Shown here one piece after another: positions 50,211-60,326 of a DNA stretch of 63,741 nucleotides; position 1 is the first letter of the stretch; each line of letters opens with the position of its first letter. The DNA comes from Spirochaetales bacterium. Lineage in GTDB: Bacteria; Spirochaetota; Spirochaetia; JAIPGG01. The stretch covers positions 1 through 63,741 of the forward strand of contig JAIPGG010000005.1 in the NCBI GenBank assembly GCA_021736255.1. The letters run 5' to 3'. The notes beneath the pieces were generated by a model. It made no database searches, was not told the origin of the DNA, and was given only the letters and a program-made list of their open reading frames with translations. The translations under genes were made by a program, and so were the position numbers.

Positions 50211-51432
50211 ACCGGATGCTGATGAGGCGGTTTTTGTGGACGTGTTCGATGACGGCCTCGCCGGTAGGCAGGCTTATTCGCTCTTTCGGACCGGGCAGGT
50301 GACCGAGGTTTTCCATTACGTATCCCCCGAAGGTGCTGCTGTTCCTGCCGTGTTCGAGGGGAATCCGCAGCTCCTGTTCCACCATATCAATGGGAGTTTC
50401 CGCCATTATCAGATAGGAACCGTCGCCGTTATCACTGATCCGTTCTGCCTCTTCCGTGTCATACTCATCATAGAGCTCGCCCACGATCTCTTCGATAATA
50501 TCTTCCACCGTCACTACCCCGGCAAGCCCTCCGTATTCATCCATGACGATGGCCATGTTGAGCTGCTGCCGTTTGAATTCAAGAAGCATGTCGTCGGCCC
50601 TTTTATTCTGGGGCACGAAGATGGGTTCGAGCATAATCTGCTTGAGGACCGTATCCTGCCTGCCCTCGATTATCTGCTGCATCATGTCCTTGATCAGCAC
50701 CACTCCCGTTACGTGCTCGGGATGTTCGCCGTAAACCGGGATCCGGGAGAAGCCCGAGGTATGGGCCTGATCGATGACCGTTTCGATGGAGCTGTACATT
50801 GACAGGCTGAACACCTCGGTTCGATGGGTCATGAGAACCTCCACGGGTGTTTCGCCGATCCGGATTACGTTCCGCATGATCTCGTTTTCCTCCCGGCCCA
50901 GAATGCCCGTTGCCTCGGCGGCGTTGATAATGTGGAGAATTCCCTGCAGGGTGAGGCTCCTGCTCGCGGTGTGTCCCACCATGCGGGTAATGAGTCTGCT
51001 GACCATGCTGATCAGGATAACCACCGGGCGAAAAACGATGGAGAGAAACCAGATAACGGGGGCGGTCTTGAGGCAGACCTTCTCGTTCAGGAGGATAGCC
51101 AGGCGTTTAGGCGTTACCTCGCCGAAAACGAGAATAATCAAGGTCAGGATGCCCGTGGTGATTCCTACGGCGTTGTTCGAGAACAGCCTGATCGTCAAGC
51201 TCGTTGCAAGTGCGGAAGCCCCGATGTTTACCAGATTGTTGCCTACCAGGATCGTGCCGAGAAGGATATCCGGCTGTTCCTGGAGTTTTGCCACGAGCTT
51301 GCCCCTTCTGCCCCCTTCGTTGCGGAGTGTTTGGAGCTGCACCGCCGAAAGGGAGGTGTAGGCGGTTTCCGAGCCTGAGAAAAAACCTGAAAGAATCAGA
51401 AGCACAATAAGCGCGATGAACTGGAATATCAT
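50170..51432 (-). CDS. CNNM/DUF21 + CBS + CorC_HlyC transporter-associated protein
   Basis: FSGSETAY, ILVGNNLVNI, FGEVTPK, MTHR, FSRIPVY, DEYGGLAGVVTVEDIIEEIVG. Confidence 0.92.
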   Translation of the reverse strand: MIFQFIALIVLLILSGFFSGSETAYTSLSAVQLQTLRNEGGRRGKLVAKLQEQPDILLGTILVGNNLVNIGASALATSLTIRLFSNNAVGITTGILTLIILVFGEVTPKRLAILLNEKVCLKTAPVIWFLSIVFRPVVILISMVSRLITRMVGHTASRSLTLQGILHIINAAEATGILGREENEIMRNVIRIGETPVEVLMTHRTEVFSLSMYSSIETVIDQAHTSGFSRIPVYGEHPEHVTGVVLIKDMMQQIIEGRQDTVLKQIMLEPIFVPQNKRADDMLLEFKRQQLNMAIVMDEYGGLAGVVTVEDIIEEIVGELYDEYDTEEAERISDNGDGSYLIMAETPIDMVEQELRIPLEHGRNSSTFGGYVMENLGHLPGPKERISLPTGEAVIEHVHKNRLISIRFIPHRPEDADHPE

Positions 51433-51615
51433 TGGAGGGGTAGGCCTCCCGGCGGAGGGTAAGGATCCGGATCAGGCATTTCTGTGTTCATGGCTTCATC
51501 TGCATTGTAGCGGTTCCCACCGAATTCAGGCAAGAGGGAGGGTGTCCGAAGGGCCGGCGGGCAGAAAAAAGGGACTGTCTAAGTTGACTTCTCAGACAGC
51601 CCCTGAAGGGTTTTC

Positions 51616-54603
51616 TTATCGGAGGCTTTCAGGCGGTATCACGAGCATCTCTCCATCATCGCTTCCGACGATAAAGCGCTGCTGGCTAAAGACCGGGCGG
51701 GTAGTTATCTCCGCTCGAACCGTGAGGTTCTTCCTGATCGAACCGGTGGAAGCATCGGCAGCGGTAAGGTAGCGCCCCCCTGAGCCGTAGTAGATATCTC
51801 CGTTGCGGTACAGTGGAGGAGATGTAGCTCCGTTTATCGGGGTAAACAGGTTCCTCCCGTTTTCCAGGTTGAGACCGTAAATCGTACCGTCGGCATAGAT
51901 ATATACTCCCTTCCCGCCTGCAACCAGGTCCTCGAACACGCTCGCGCTGCCTGAATCAGAGAGCGGACGCTGCCAGAGTACGCGTTCAGAATTCAGGTCG
52001 ACACAGACCACGGTCCCCTTTCTGCCGGCGAAAATCGCCTTGCCGCCTGTTATAAGCGGAGCAAGGGCGACCGGCTGAACGGCATCGGTATCCAGGCGAA
52101 AGATTGTATTCCCCGAGTCGTAATCCATCAGCATGAACTCGCCCTGCTGGTTCGCGACGGCAATATTTCCGCCGGAGACCGCCGGTGTCATCCGGGAACC
52201 GCCGGGGATGGAGATGGTTTTTATGGTATTGCCGTTTGAAAGGCTGATAACCTCGATGCTTTCGTTGGTCGGGAGAAGGGCCGTGTTGCCGTCGTAATCA
52301 ACCAGGTGCCGGCCGAACAGGTGAGAAGAGGCGCCGTCCAGATTCCGCCGGGCCTTGATCTGCCCCCCGGCTGCATCCACCAGCACCAGTTCTTTGGCTC
52401 CCGAAAAGGCTACGGTACTGCCCATGACCACCGGTTTCGAGTTCTCGTTGGAGGTGTTGCCGGTGCGGACCGACCAGTACTCCTGTCCCGTGCTTTGATA
52501 GGCCGACAGCACTCCGTTTTCCGAAACACTGATCAGACGGTCGCCGGAACCTGCTGCAAGACCGACCATCGTATTCGACGAAGCGGTCTGAAAACGGCGC
52601 TCCACCGGCAGCCGTTCCAGGCGGACTGTGGTGGTATTATTCCCGCCGCGGCGGACTCGCAGGGTCTGTGATTTTTGACGGAAGCCGTAGCTTCGTACCG
52701 TTATATTGAGCTGCTGCCCTGCTTTGAAAACATCCGAATAGCTTCCGCGCCCTACTACCCGGCCGTTGATCAGGATTTCCGCATTATTGGGAACCGTGCT
52801 TATCCGAACAGGCTCTTCGTATACCGCCTCTTCGAGGGTGATATCCCGGCTGTTGTTGCCGTCGCGAGTAACTTCGAGTTCAAACTCCTGGGGCAGGTAG
52901 TTCTCCCGGCGGGCTGTGAAAGAGAGATTCGTCCCCGCCTGGTAGGTGCCGCTGAAGCTTCCCCTGCCGACGACTTCATTGTTCAAAAGGATTTCCGCAT
53001 CAGAGGGGGTTACCGATACCTCTACATCCTCGCGGTAGACGATTTCCTCGAGGTTGACCCGGTAGGAGATCGGTGCCGCAGACTCGACGTCGATTTGCAG
53101 TTCCTCTTCCTGGTAGCCTTCCCGGCTTACCCGGACATCGAGGTTTGTGCCCACCTCGTACTCTCCGTTGTAGTTTCCCGTACCCTGGGATTCTCCGTTG
53201 ATGAAAACCTCGGCATCCCGGGGTCTGACATTGATGCTGACCTGTTTTGTTTCAGGTTCCGGTTCCGGGACTCGTTCGAGCCGGACGCGGTATCGTTTGC
53301 CGTTTGCTGCAGCCGGGACGGTAATATTGAGTTCCCTGGTTTTGTATCCCTCTTTCGAGATCGAGAAATCAAGGGTTTCCCCCTCTTCGAAAATACCGGA
53401 GAACCGGCCCCGCCCGACGGAAACGCCGTTAAAGGTAATTGCGGCATCTCGTGGATTGGTTTCGAGGCTTATCTTGCTCAGAATAGGTTGTGGCTCTTCC
53501 GGAGCCGCTGCTTCTTCTTCTGCTGCCGTCTTTTCTTCTCCCTCGGCAACCTTCGGCTTGGCAGGCGTTGCTATGGCAAGGAGGCGCATATTCTCTATAT
53601 TCTTGAGTTCTTTCGAACTTTCCGCGCTCATGTTTTTTGGGGGTGCGATAGCCGTTTGAACAGAGGTGTTGGCCTCTTCGACTGCCGAGTTCAATTCATC
53701 GAGGAGCCGGCGTCGTTCGCTTTCGGTGATTCGAGGTCTCTCCGGTTCGACCGCTTCCTCTGCGGCTTCCCCTTCTGCTGTCTTTTCCGGCTTCGGTTTT
53801 GCCGGAGCAACCTTATTGACGACTTCTTCCACCTTCTTTACCGAGGCTGCGGTATCCTGCAGACTCGTTTCCTCGACTTCGATCTCTTGGTTGGCCTTTA
53901 CGACCGGCGCGGATTTCTCGATTTTCTCGATAGATTCGAGGATTTCATTCTCTCCGGCTTCTTCAGCCCGGTCCTTCAGTTCGTCCACATCGGCGTTTCC
54001 AGGCATAATCGAAACCTCGCCTTCCTGGACGGCAAGCTTGGTCTTCTTCTGCTGATCGACGGTAACCCCGAATTCAGTTCCACGCACACCACAGACGGCG
54101 GTTTCCGTTTTGACTTTGAACTTTTCATTCCCGGCAAGCTTTTGAACCTTCGTCAGGACGGAGCCGACTTCCATCCCCATCTTCACGTCGGTTTCTCCCG
54201 GAGCGAACTGTATTTTCTCCATAGCGATCTCGGTATTCTCCTGAACGCGGCAGACCGCCGTCTCGCCGAACTGGAGTTCTACGTATGATCCTTCGTAAAC
54301 AATGAGTGTATCTTCTTGTTCGAGAAACTCCCCGATCTCTGCGTAATACGATTCTCCCTGGTGAACAATATCGGCTTCCCCTGAAATGAAGGTGATGAGG
54401 GCCTGAGTGTATTCGGGAAGCTCGACCGGATCGAGTTCTTCCTCTTCTACAGCTTCGGCGACTGCCTCTTCAACAGGCTCTGTTTCGGGCTCGGGTGCTT
54501 CTGCTTGCTTCTCGCAGGAAAGTACGGGAAGAAACAGGAACATCAGAACCAGCGGCAGGAAAAAAAATACGTTCCCCTTTTTCGATTTATTCCTCATTTT
54601 CAT
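51616..54603 (-). CDS. Lipoprotein with FecR domain, acidic helical linker, 4 PEGA-like repeats and PQQ-like beta-propeller
   Basis: VLSC lipobox; KTETAVCGVRGTEF; repeats (T/V).P.(D/N)A.(I/V).(F/I/L)NG; propeller blades (LSAYQSTGQEYW, VCVDLNSERVLW); SD AGGAGG before 54603. Confidence 0.85.
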   Translation of the reverse strand: MKMRNKSKKGNVFFFLPLVLMFLFLPVLSCEKQAEAPEPETEPVEEAVAEAVEEEELDPVELPEYTQALITFISGEADIVHQGESYYAEIGEFLEQEDTLIVYEGSYVELQFGETAVCRVQENTEIAMEKIQFAPGETDVKMGMEVGSVLTKVQKLAGNEKFKVKTETAVCGVRGTEFGVTVDQQKKTKLAVQEGEVSIMPGNADVDELKDRAEEAGENEILESIEKIEKSAPVVKANQEIEVEETSLQDTAASVKKVEEVVNKVAPAKPKPEKTAEGEAAEEAVEPERPRITESERRRLLDELNSAVEEANTSVQTAIAPPKNMSAESSKELKNIENMRLLAIATPAKPKVAEGEEKTAAEEEAAAPEEPQPILSKISLETNPRDAAITFNGVSVGRGRFSGIFEEGETLDFSISKEGYKTRELNITVPAAANGKRYRVRLERVPEPEPETKQVSINVRPRDAEVFINGESQGTGNYNGEYEVGTNLDVRVSREGYQEEELQIDVESAAPISYRVNLEEIVYREDVEVSVTPSDAEILLNNEVVGRGSFSGTYQAGTNLSFTARRENYLPQEFELEVTRDGNNSRDITLEEAVYEEPVRISTVPNNAEILINGRVVGRGSYSDVFKAGQQLNITVRSYGFRQKSQTLRVRRGGNNTTTVRLERLPVERRFQTASSNTMVGLAAGSGDRLISVSENGVLSAYQSTGQEYWSVRTGNTSNENSKPVVMGSTVAFSGAKELVLVDAAGGQIKARRNLDGASSHLFGRHLVDYDGNTALLPTNESIEVISLSNGNTIKTISIPGGSRMTPAVSGGNIAVANQQGEFMLMDYDSGNTIFRLDTDAVQPVALAPLITGGKAIFAGRKGTVVCVDLNSERVLWQRPLSDSGSASVFEDLVAGGKGVYIYADGTIYGLNLENGRNLFTPINGATSPPLYRNGDIYYGSGGRYLTAADASTGSIRKNLTVRAEITTRPVFSQQRFIVGSDDGEMLVIPPESLR

Positions 54604-54775
54604 GGTTCTCCTCCTGACCAACAACCCTTTGCTTACCATTATATACCCCTTTTTTTAACCTTTCTATGTTTTTCCGCTTTTCGCTCTCCGGATTTGCCGC
54701 TGCGGGCCGATATTTGTATATTTACCTATAAATCTACCGTATCAATCATACAATAAGCCAGGAGAGGTATTCGCC

Positions 54776-56614
54776 ATGCCCAAACATCAGTTTCAGACGG
54801 AGGTAAGTCAACTCCTCCATTTGATCGTCCATTCTCTCTATTCACACAAGGAAATATTCCTGAGAGAGTTGATTTCCAATGCATCGGATGCTTTAGATAA
54901 ACTGAAGCACCTGACCCTTACCGACGATTCATTCAAGAATATGAATTTCGAGCCCCGTATCGATATTGAGTTCGACCAGGAAAATCAGAAAACCCTTACC
55001 GTCAAAGACAACGGAATCGGAATGAACGAGGAAGATCTCGCCGAAAACCTCGGTACGATTGCGCGCTCGGGGACCAAGAATTTTCTCTCCCAGCTCACCG
55101 GAGATGCAAAGAAGGATTCCAATCTGATTGGACAGTTCGGGGTCGGATTCTATTCCTCATTCATGGTGGCCGATAAGGTCGATGTTATCTCGAGGAAGGC
55201 CGGAGAGGACCAAGCCTGGCTCTGGACCAGTGACGGACAGGGAGAATACGAGATTATTCCTGTCGAACGGGAAAGTCAGGGCACCACCGTTACCCTTCAT
55301 CTCGGTGAAGAGGGGAAGGAGTTTGCCGAAAAATGGCAGATCGAATCGGTGGTAAAGAAGTATTCGGATCACATCGCCTTTCCTATCTACCTCCATCATG
55401 AAGAAGAGAAAGAAAAGAAAGAAGAAAAGATTAATGATGCCTCCGCCCTCTGGCAGAAACCGAAATCCGAGCTCACCGAAGAAGAGTATAACCAGTTTTA
55501 CAAGACCATAAGTCACGACAACGATGACCCTCTTCTCTATGTTCATACCCAGGCTGAGGGGACTTTGGAATACACCACGCTGTTTTATGTGCCGAAAAAA
55601 GCTCCCTTCGACATGTATTACGTAGATTACAAGCCGGGGGTCAAGCTCTATGTGAAACGGGTGTTCATTACCGATGACGACAAGGAGCTCTTGCCCTCTT
55701 TTCTCCGTTTCGTCCGCGGGATAATCGACACAGAAGATCTTCCATTGAACGTAAGCAGGGAGATCCTGCAGAAGAATCAGATCATGGCCAAGATCAGGAA
55801 GACCTCGGTCAAAAAGCTTCTGGGAGAGTTCAAAAACCTTGCCGAGAAAGATCCGGAAACCTTCGAGACTTTCATAGATGAATACAATCGCCCCCTTAAA
55901 GAGGGACTCTATTCCGAATTCGAATACCGAGACGATCTGCTCGAGCTCGTACGGTTCAAATCGACGAAGGTCGACGGATGGACCAGCCTTGCCGGGTACA
56001 AGGAGCGAATGAAAGAGGATCAAAAGGCGATCTACTACATCACCGGAGAAAAGGAAGCGGTGCTCCGCAATTCTCCGCTGCTCGAAGCATACCGGAAGAA
56101 GGACCTCGAGGTCCTGATCATGGATGACGAGGTGGACGAGATCGTCATTCCCAGCATCGGGAAGTTCGACGAGATAGAGCTGAAATCGGTAAACCGTTCG
56201 GGGACCGATGATGAGCTCAAGACCGAAAAGGACGAGGAGCGGGAGAAAGAGGTGAAACCCCTGCTCGATCGCATCAAGGAGGTTCTCGGCGACAGGGTAA
56301 AGGATGTTGTTGCTTCGAGCAGACTCTCTGAATCACCCTCTTGTATTGTTGCAGACGAGAATGATCCGACCATGCAGATGCAGCAGATGCTCAAGGCCAT
56401 GGGGCAGACAGAGCTTCCCGAGATCAAACCCATACTCGAAGTAAACCCCGATCATGAGATCGTCAAACGGCTCGAATCCGGAGAGAACGATGAGCTGGTT
56501 GAGGATGTGAGTTATCTGCTTCTCGACCAGGCCCTTCTGGTGGAAGGGGCTCAGCTCAAAGACCCCTCCGACTTTGTGAAACGATTGAATCGCGTACTCG
56601 GAAAGGCCGTTTAG
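54776..56614 (+). CDS. htpG: Molecular chaperone HtpG (Hsp90)
   Basis: IFLRELISNASDA, DNGIGM, NLGTIARSGT, IGQFGVGFYS, LPLNVSRE. Confidence 0.97.
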   Translation: MPKHQFQTEVSQLLHLIVHSLYSHKEIFLRELISNASDALDKLKHLTLTDDSFKNMNFEPRIDIEFDQENQKTLTVKDNGIGMNEEDLAENLGTIARSGTKNFLSQLTGDAKKDSNLIGQFGVGFYSSFMVADKVDVISRKAGEDQAWLWTSDGQGEYEIIPVERESQGTTVTLHLGEEGKEFAEKWQIESVVKKYSDHIAFPIYLHHEEEKEKKEEKINDASALWQKPKSELTEEEYNQFYKTISHDNDDPLLYVHTQAEGTLEYTTLFYVPKKAPFDMYYVDYKPGVKLYVKRVFITDDDKELLPSFLRFVRGIIDTEDLPLNVSREILQKNQIMAKIRKTSVKKLLGEFKNLAEKDPETFETFIDEYNRPLKEGLYSEFEYRDDLLELVRFKSTKVDGWTSLAGYKERMKEDQKAIYYITGEKEAVLRNSPLLEAYRKKDLEVLIMDDEVDEIVIPSIGKFDEIELKSVNRSGTDDELKTEKDEEREKEVKPLLDRIKEVLGDRVKDVVASSRLSESPSCIVADENDPTMQMQQMLKAMGQTELPEIKPILEVNPDHEIVKRLESGENDELVEDVSYLLLDQALLVEGAQLKDPSDFVKRLNRVLGKAV

Positions 56615-56641
56615 GACGCCGCAGACTAAGACGCCGCAGCC
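56612..56641. repeat. 2 x 15-bp imperfect tandem repeat spanning both stop codons at the htpG/GH5 junction
   Basis: TAGGACGCCGCAGAC / TAAGACGCCGCAGCC. Confidence 0.8.
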
Positions 56642-58668
56642 TTGGCCGGGAGGAGTTTTACGAGTACCTCAAAGGGTGTTTGGAACCCCTCGGCCGCGGC
56701 CCTTTCTTCCTGTGCAGGCCGGATCAACACACGGCCGGGACGGGTGGAAGCATCCGCCTCGAAGGCTGCAGAGCTTTTGAGTGCGGTGATCTCTACCGTA
56801 AAACCCTTCGGATAGCAAAGCGGGGGAACGACAATCTCTGTAGGGACTTCCTGCTTCAGCATGCTCAGGTCCGCCGTGAAGCGAAGGGCAAAGACGGCGT
56901 TTTTTCGGTTATAGCGAAAGGAAATCAAATTTCCCGCTATTCTGGCCGGATAGGGCCGCACAAAGCCGGCGGTACCGCGGCCTCCTTTCTGGTCTTGGGA
57001 GAAGACCGACAGATCTTCGAGGTTCCAACGGTCTCCGTGGCGGTTGGTGTTGTCCGCCGTGTAGTTCCACAGACTCGCTCCCAGGCCGAAGCTGTCGAAA
57101 TAATTGTAGTACTCATCGAGGGCCGCTTCCTGCTTCGAGAAATTGCCGGTGCGGTACGATTTCCCGTTCTGCAGATTGAAGGGCACGCCGAACTCGCCGA
57201 TCAGGGTGGGAAGGCCCGAAGATCTGCCTGCCGCGCGCTTCCGCTCGATCTGGGACAGATGGAGCTTTTTCCTGGCCCCCCGGCCGAAGGCATACCGCCC
57301 AGCCTCTGCATCAACTGCAAAAAACCGCCGGTAGCGTTTTGTAAACAGGGTGGCATCGTCGTACCAGTGGCAGGCATTCACCGCATTGTCCGCATCGGCG
57401 CCGCTCCAGTGCGGTGGATTGTGGCCGGGAAACCCCTCGAGAAAAAGGACCGCCTGAGGGAGCTCCTTCCTGATCTCGGCGATAAAATCGTTGATGAACG
57501 GCTTGAGAAAATCCTCGGAAAAATCAACCGATCGGTTTCCCAGTTTGGAAAAATAATCCGGTTGCAAAAGCTGGGGGCCGACGTTGGACCCCTTGGCCGC
57601 TCCGATTCGTTCTTTCCATACTCCCGCTTCCTTCCACAGGCATTCGACGTCATCCCGCCACAGCCTCAGCTGATCCAGATTGATCGGAATCATTTCTTTG
57701 AGCCGGTGTTTTTTTACCGATGTTTTTGTATACGGTACATAGACCGTTCTGCCCGAGGCGGCTACCATCGACTGAAAGGGAGTGGGAGACATTCCGCTGG
57801 TATAAAAATAATCTTTCAGGGAGCTCAAATCCTGAAACCCGATATAACCGAAACCCGGCTCGTTCATGCTTCCGAAACCAATGAGGTTGGGCAACCCCTT
57901 GAGGGCCCGGGCAAGACGGCGCATAGATCCGATATAGGACCGGCGAAGCATTGTCCCGATGTTTTCCCCATCGATCGTCCGCTGAGGCGCGAAAACCTCT
58001 CCGGCGAAAAACAGGGTGAACATCGTAGCCGCCCCAAGGCGGTTGTAGTTGGTCGGCCAGGACATGGCGGGATACTCGTCCCCCTCGTAATGGTGGAGCA
58101 GGCCCGCTCCGACCGCCGGAATCTTTCCGATATCCATACCCGCCGACTCGATCGTCCAGCCGGGCGCGCCGTCACCCCCGGTAAACCGGCTCCACACGTC
58201 CTGGTGCGGATCTATCCAGATCAGAATCCGGTGATCGGCAGCCTTCTCGCAGACGGCCCGAATATAATCGATATATTCTTCGTCGTAGAGGCCGGGGCCC
58301 GCATGCTCAATCGCCTCCCAGGTCACCACCAGGCGGACATGGTTCATTCCCCATTCGGCAAGACGGCCGAAGTGTTCGTCCGCCTGTGAAAGAGGAAAGG
58401 GGCGCCCGGTAAAGGAAAGGTTTTGGTGATCGGTAAAAGAGAGGGGGTCGGCAGTGCTTGTGGGATGGTGGAAATTTTCTGCCCCCTGTTCCGATGCGGA
58501 TTTGCTCTTGTTCGCCGGCAACGGGGCGTCTGTGACCGAGAAGGGCAGCTTCGAGCTTCCGCCGAGGTTCACCCCCCGGAGAATTATCTCCCGTCCGAAA
58601 CTGTCCAGGAGTCTGCCCCCCGAAGCGCGGAGGATATCTGCAGGTGCAGTATGATCTGGATTCGTCAT
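56626..58668 (-). CDS. Glycoside hydrolase family 5, endoglycoceramidase-related (GH5_12-like)
   Basis: LRGVNLGG.SKLP, TWEAIEH.GPG.YD, DPHQDVWSR..GGDGAP, NEP acid/base, HWY, IGEFG nucleophile, WNY...WN.EDLS. Confidence 0.88.
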   Translation of the reverse strand: MTNPDHTAPADILRASGGRLLDSFGREIILRGVNLGGSSKLPFSVTDAPLPANKSKSASEQGAENFHHPTSTADPLSFTDHQNLSFTGRPFPLSQADEHFGRLAEWGMNHVRLVVTWEAIEHAGPGLYDEEYIDYIRAVCEKAADHRILIWIDPHQDVWSRFTGGDGAPGWTIESAGMDIGKIPAVGAGLLHHYEGDEYPAMSWPTNYNRLGAATMFTLFFAGEVFAPQRTIDGENIGTMLRRSYIGSMRRLARALKGLPNLIGFGSMNEPGFGYIGFQDLSSLKDYFYTSGMSPTPFQSMVAASGRTVYVPYTKTSVKKHRLKEMIPINLDQLRLWRDDVECLWKEAGVWKERIGAAKGSNVGPQLLQPDYFSKLGNRSVDFSEDFLKPFINDFIAEIRKELPQAVLFLEGFPGHNPPHWSGADADNAVNACHWYDDATLFTKRYRRFFAVDAEAGRYAFGRGARKKLHLSQIERKRAAGRSSGLPTLIGEFGVPFNLQNGKSYRTGNFSKQEAALDEYYNYFDSFGLGASLWNYTADNTNRHGDRWNLEDLSVFSQDQKGGRGTAGFVRPYPARIAGNLISFRYNRKNAVFALRFTADLSMLKQEVPTEIVVPPLCYPKGFTVEITALKSSAAFEADASTRPGRVLIRPAQEERAAAEGFQTPFEVLVKLLPAKAAAS

Positions 58669-60197
58669 AGTCGTATCTCCTTGAAAAGCCGGAAGAATTC
58701 GGGAAAGGTAACCTGTACCGCCTGCGTTCCTCTTATCGTCGTCGGGCCTTCTGCCGCCAGGGCCGCAACCGCCAGCGCCATTACCACCCGGTGATCATCG
58801 TGGCCCTCAACGGTTGTTCCGGTCATCCGGGAATCGGCCCCACGGATAACCAGGCCGTCGGCCAGTTCCTCGATTGCCGCTCCCATCCTGCCGAGTTCCT
58901 CCGCCATGACAGCGATCCGGTCGGTTTCTTTCTCCCGTGCCTGGGGAACGTTTATCAGGCGGGTCTCTCCCTGTGCATACGTCGCTGCTGCTGCCATGAC
59001 CGGCAGGGCATCGGGGGTGGCGTTCAGGTCGAAGGTTCCCCCCGAAAGCCGCTCCCCGCAGGAAAAATCGGGTCCGCTAATAACCAGCTCAGGCGATCGC
59101 AATTCGCTCCCTTCGGTCTCGTGGAACCCGGCTTCCCGGAATTCCACTCGGCAGCCCATCTCTTCGAACATGCTTACCACGGCTTTGTCGCCCTGGCTGT
59201 CGTTCATGTCCAGACCGGCAAGGGTCAGAGAAGAACCGGTAATCGCAGCAGCCGCCAGAAAGAAACTTGCCGAAGAAAAATCCGCCGGGATGCTTGCCTC
59301 GAAGGGGCGGTACCGCCTGCATCCGGGAATCTCGAATTGCCGGAATTCATCCCGGTTGTAGCGGATCTCCTGCCGGTCGAGCCAGGAGAGGGTCATTTCC
59401 ACATAGGGCACCTCGTTGAGCAGGGGGACATCGATGACTGTTTTGTTTTCGGAGTCCGGGCGGTTTCGCGAGCCGGCGGTTTCCGGGGAAATGCCTTGAT
59501 TCTGTGGCCCGGCAGCGCTTTGCCGGCCGGCCTGCCCATCGCCGCCAGGGCAAATCAATGGCGCAGCAAGGAGCAGGGCCGACAGGTACTGGCTGGTAGG
59601 GCACTCGATGCTGGTTCGCCCCCCCGAGAGAGGACCGGTGATCTCGAAGGGGGTGTGGATCTCGGCGGCCGGGGACTGCTGCTCTGAAGAGAGGAGCGGG
59701 CGGACCCGGGCGCCCAAATCACTGAGCGCCGCGAGAAGCGGTCCCACCGGTCTGCGTCTGATCTGCTCGTCCCCGTCGAAGCGGACCGGAAACGGCAGGA
59801 GGGCCGCAACCGCGGCGGCAAGGTAGAGGGTGGTGCCGGAGTTTCCCACGTCTATGTGGACAGGTTCGGCGGGGTTGTTTTCTGCCGGCGCCTGCGCATT
59901 CTTCTGTGCCCCGTGCGCGGAGGCCGTCGGGGTTGCTGTTCCTTTGGCCGCTGCCATCCCGATGCCGGTTACCACCCAGAACTCCGAACCATCGGCCTCC
60001 CGCTTCCGTTCCACCTTCCCGCCGAGGGCTTCCACGGCATGCCGGCAGGCTTGTGTGTCCGAGGAATCGAGGGGGTTGTGTATCTTGCTCTTCCCCTCCG
60101 CCGCCAGGGCAATCAGCAGTGCCCGTATTGTGTGCGACTTCGAAGCAGGCGGGGCTATCCTGCCACCGATTTTCCCGGGAACAACCACGGTATCCAT
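58665..60197 (-). CDS. aroA: 3-phosphoshikimate 1-carboxyvinyltransferase with three loop insertions
   Basis: ASKSHTIRA, VGNSGT, SQYLSALL, DFSSASFF, SQGD, TPDALP, KETDRI, DHRVVM. Confidence 0.93.
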   Translation of the reverse strand: MDTVVVPGKIGGRIAPPASKSHTIRALLIALAAEGKSKIHNPLDSSDTQACRHAVEALGGKVERKREADGSEFWVVTGIGMAAAKGTATPTASAHGAQKNAQAPAENNPAEPVHIDVGNSGTTLYLAAAVAALLPFPVRFDGDEQIRRRPVGPLLAALSDLGARVRPLLSSEQQSPAAEIHTPFEITGPLSGGRTSIECPTSQYLSALLLAAPLICPGGDGQAGRQSAAGPQNQGISPETAGSRNRPDSENKTVIDVPLLNEVPYVEMTLSWLDRQEIRYNRDEFRQFEIPGCRRYRPFEASIPADFSSASFFLAAAAITGSSLTLAGLDMNDSQGDKAVVSMFEEMGCRVEFREAGFHETEGSELRSPELVISGPDFSCGERLSGGTFDLNATPDALPVMAAAATYAQGETRLINVPQAREKETDRIAVMAEELGRMGAAIEELADGLVIRGADSRMTGTTVEGHDDHRVVMALAVAALAAEGPTTIRGTQAVQVTFPEFFRLFKEIRL

Positions 60198-60326
60198 GCA
60201 TCCTCCGGACTTTCTGGTTTATCGACAGTCCATTGTCGACAGCCCGGAGAGAACTGTCAAGGAAGCAGGTGAACTGCAAAGCTGGGGGAGCGATTTAGAA
60301 TGACCTGGAAGTGCGGTTCTCCGCTG

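Noticed and set aside
54640-54775. CIRCE heat-shock operator upstream of htpG
   Set aside because: No TTAGCACTC-N9-GAGTGCTAA match
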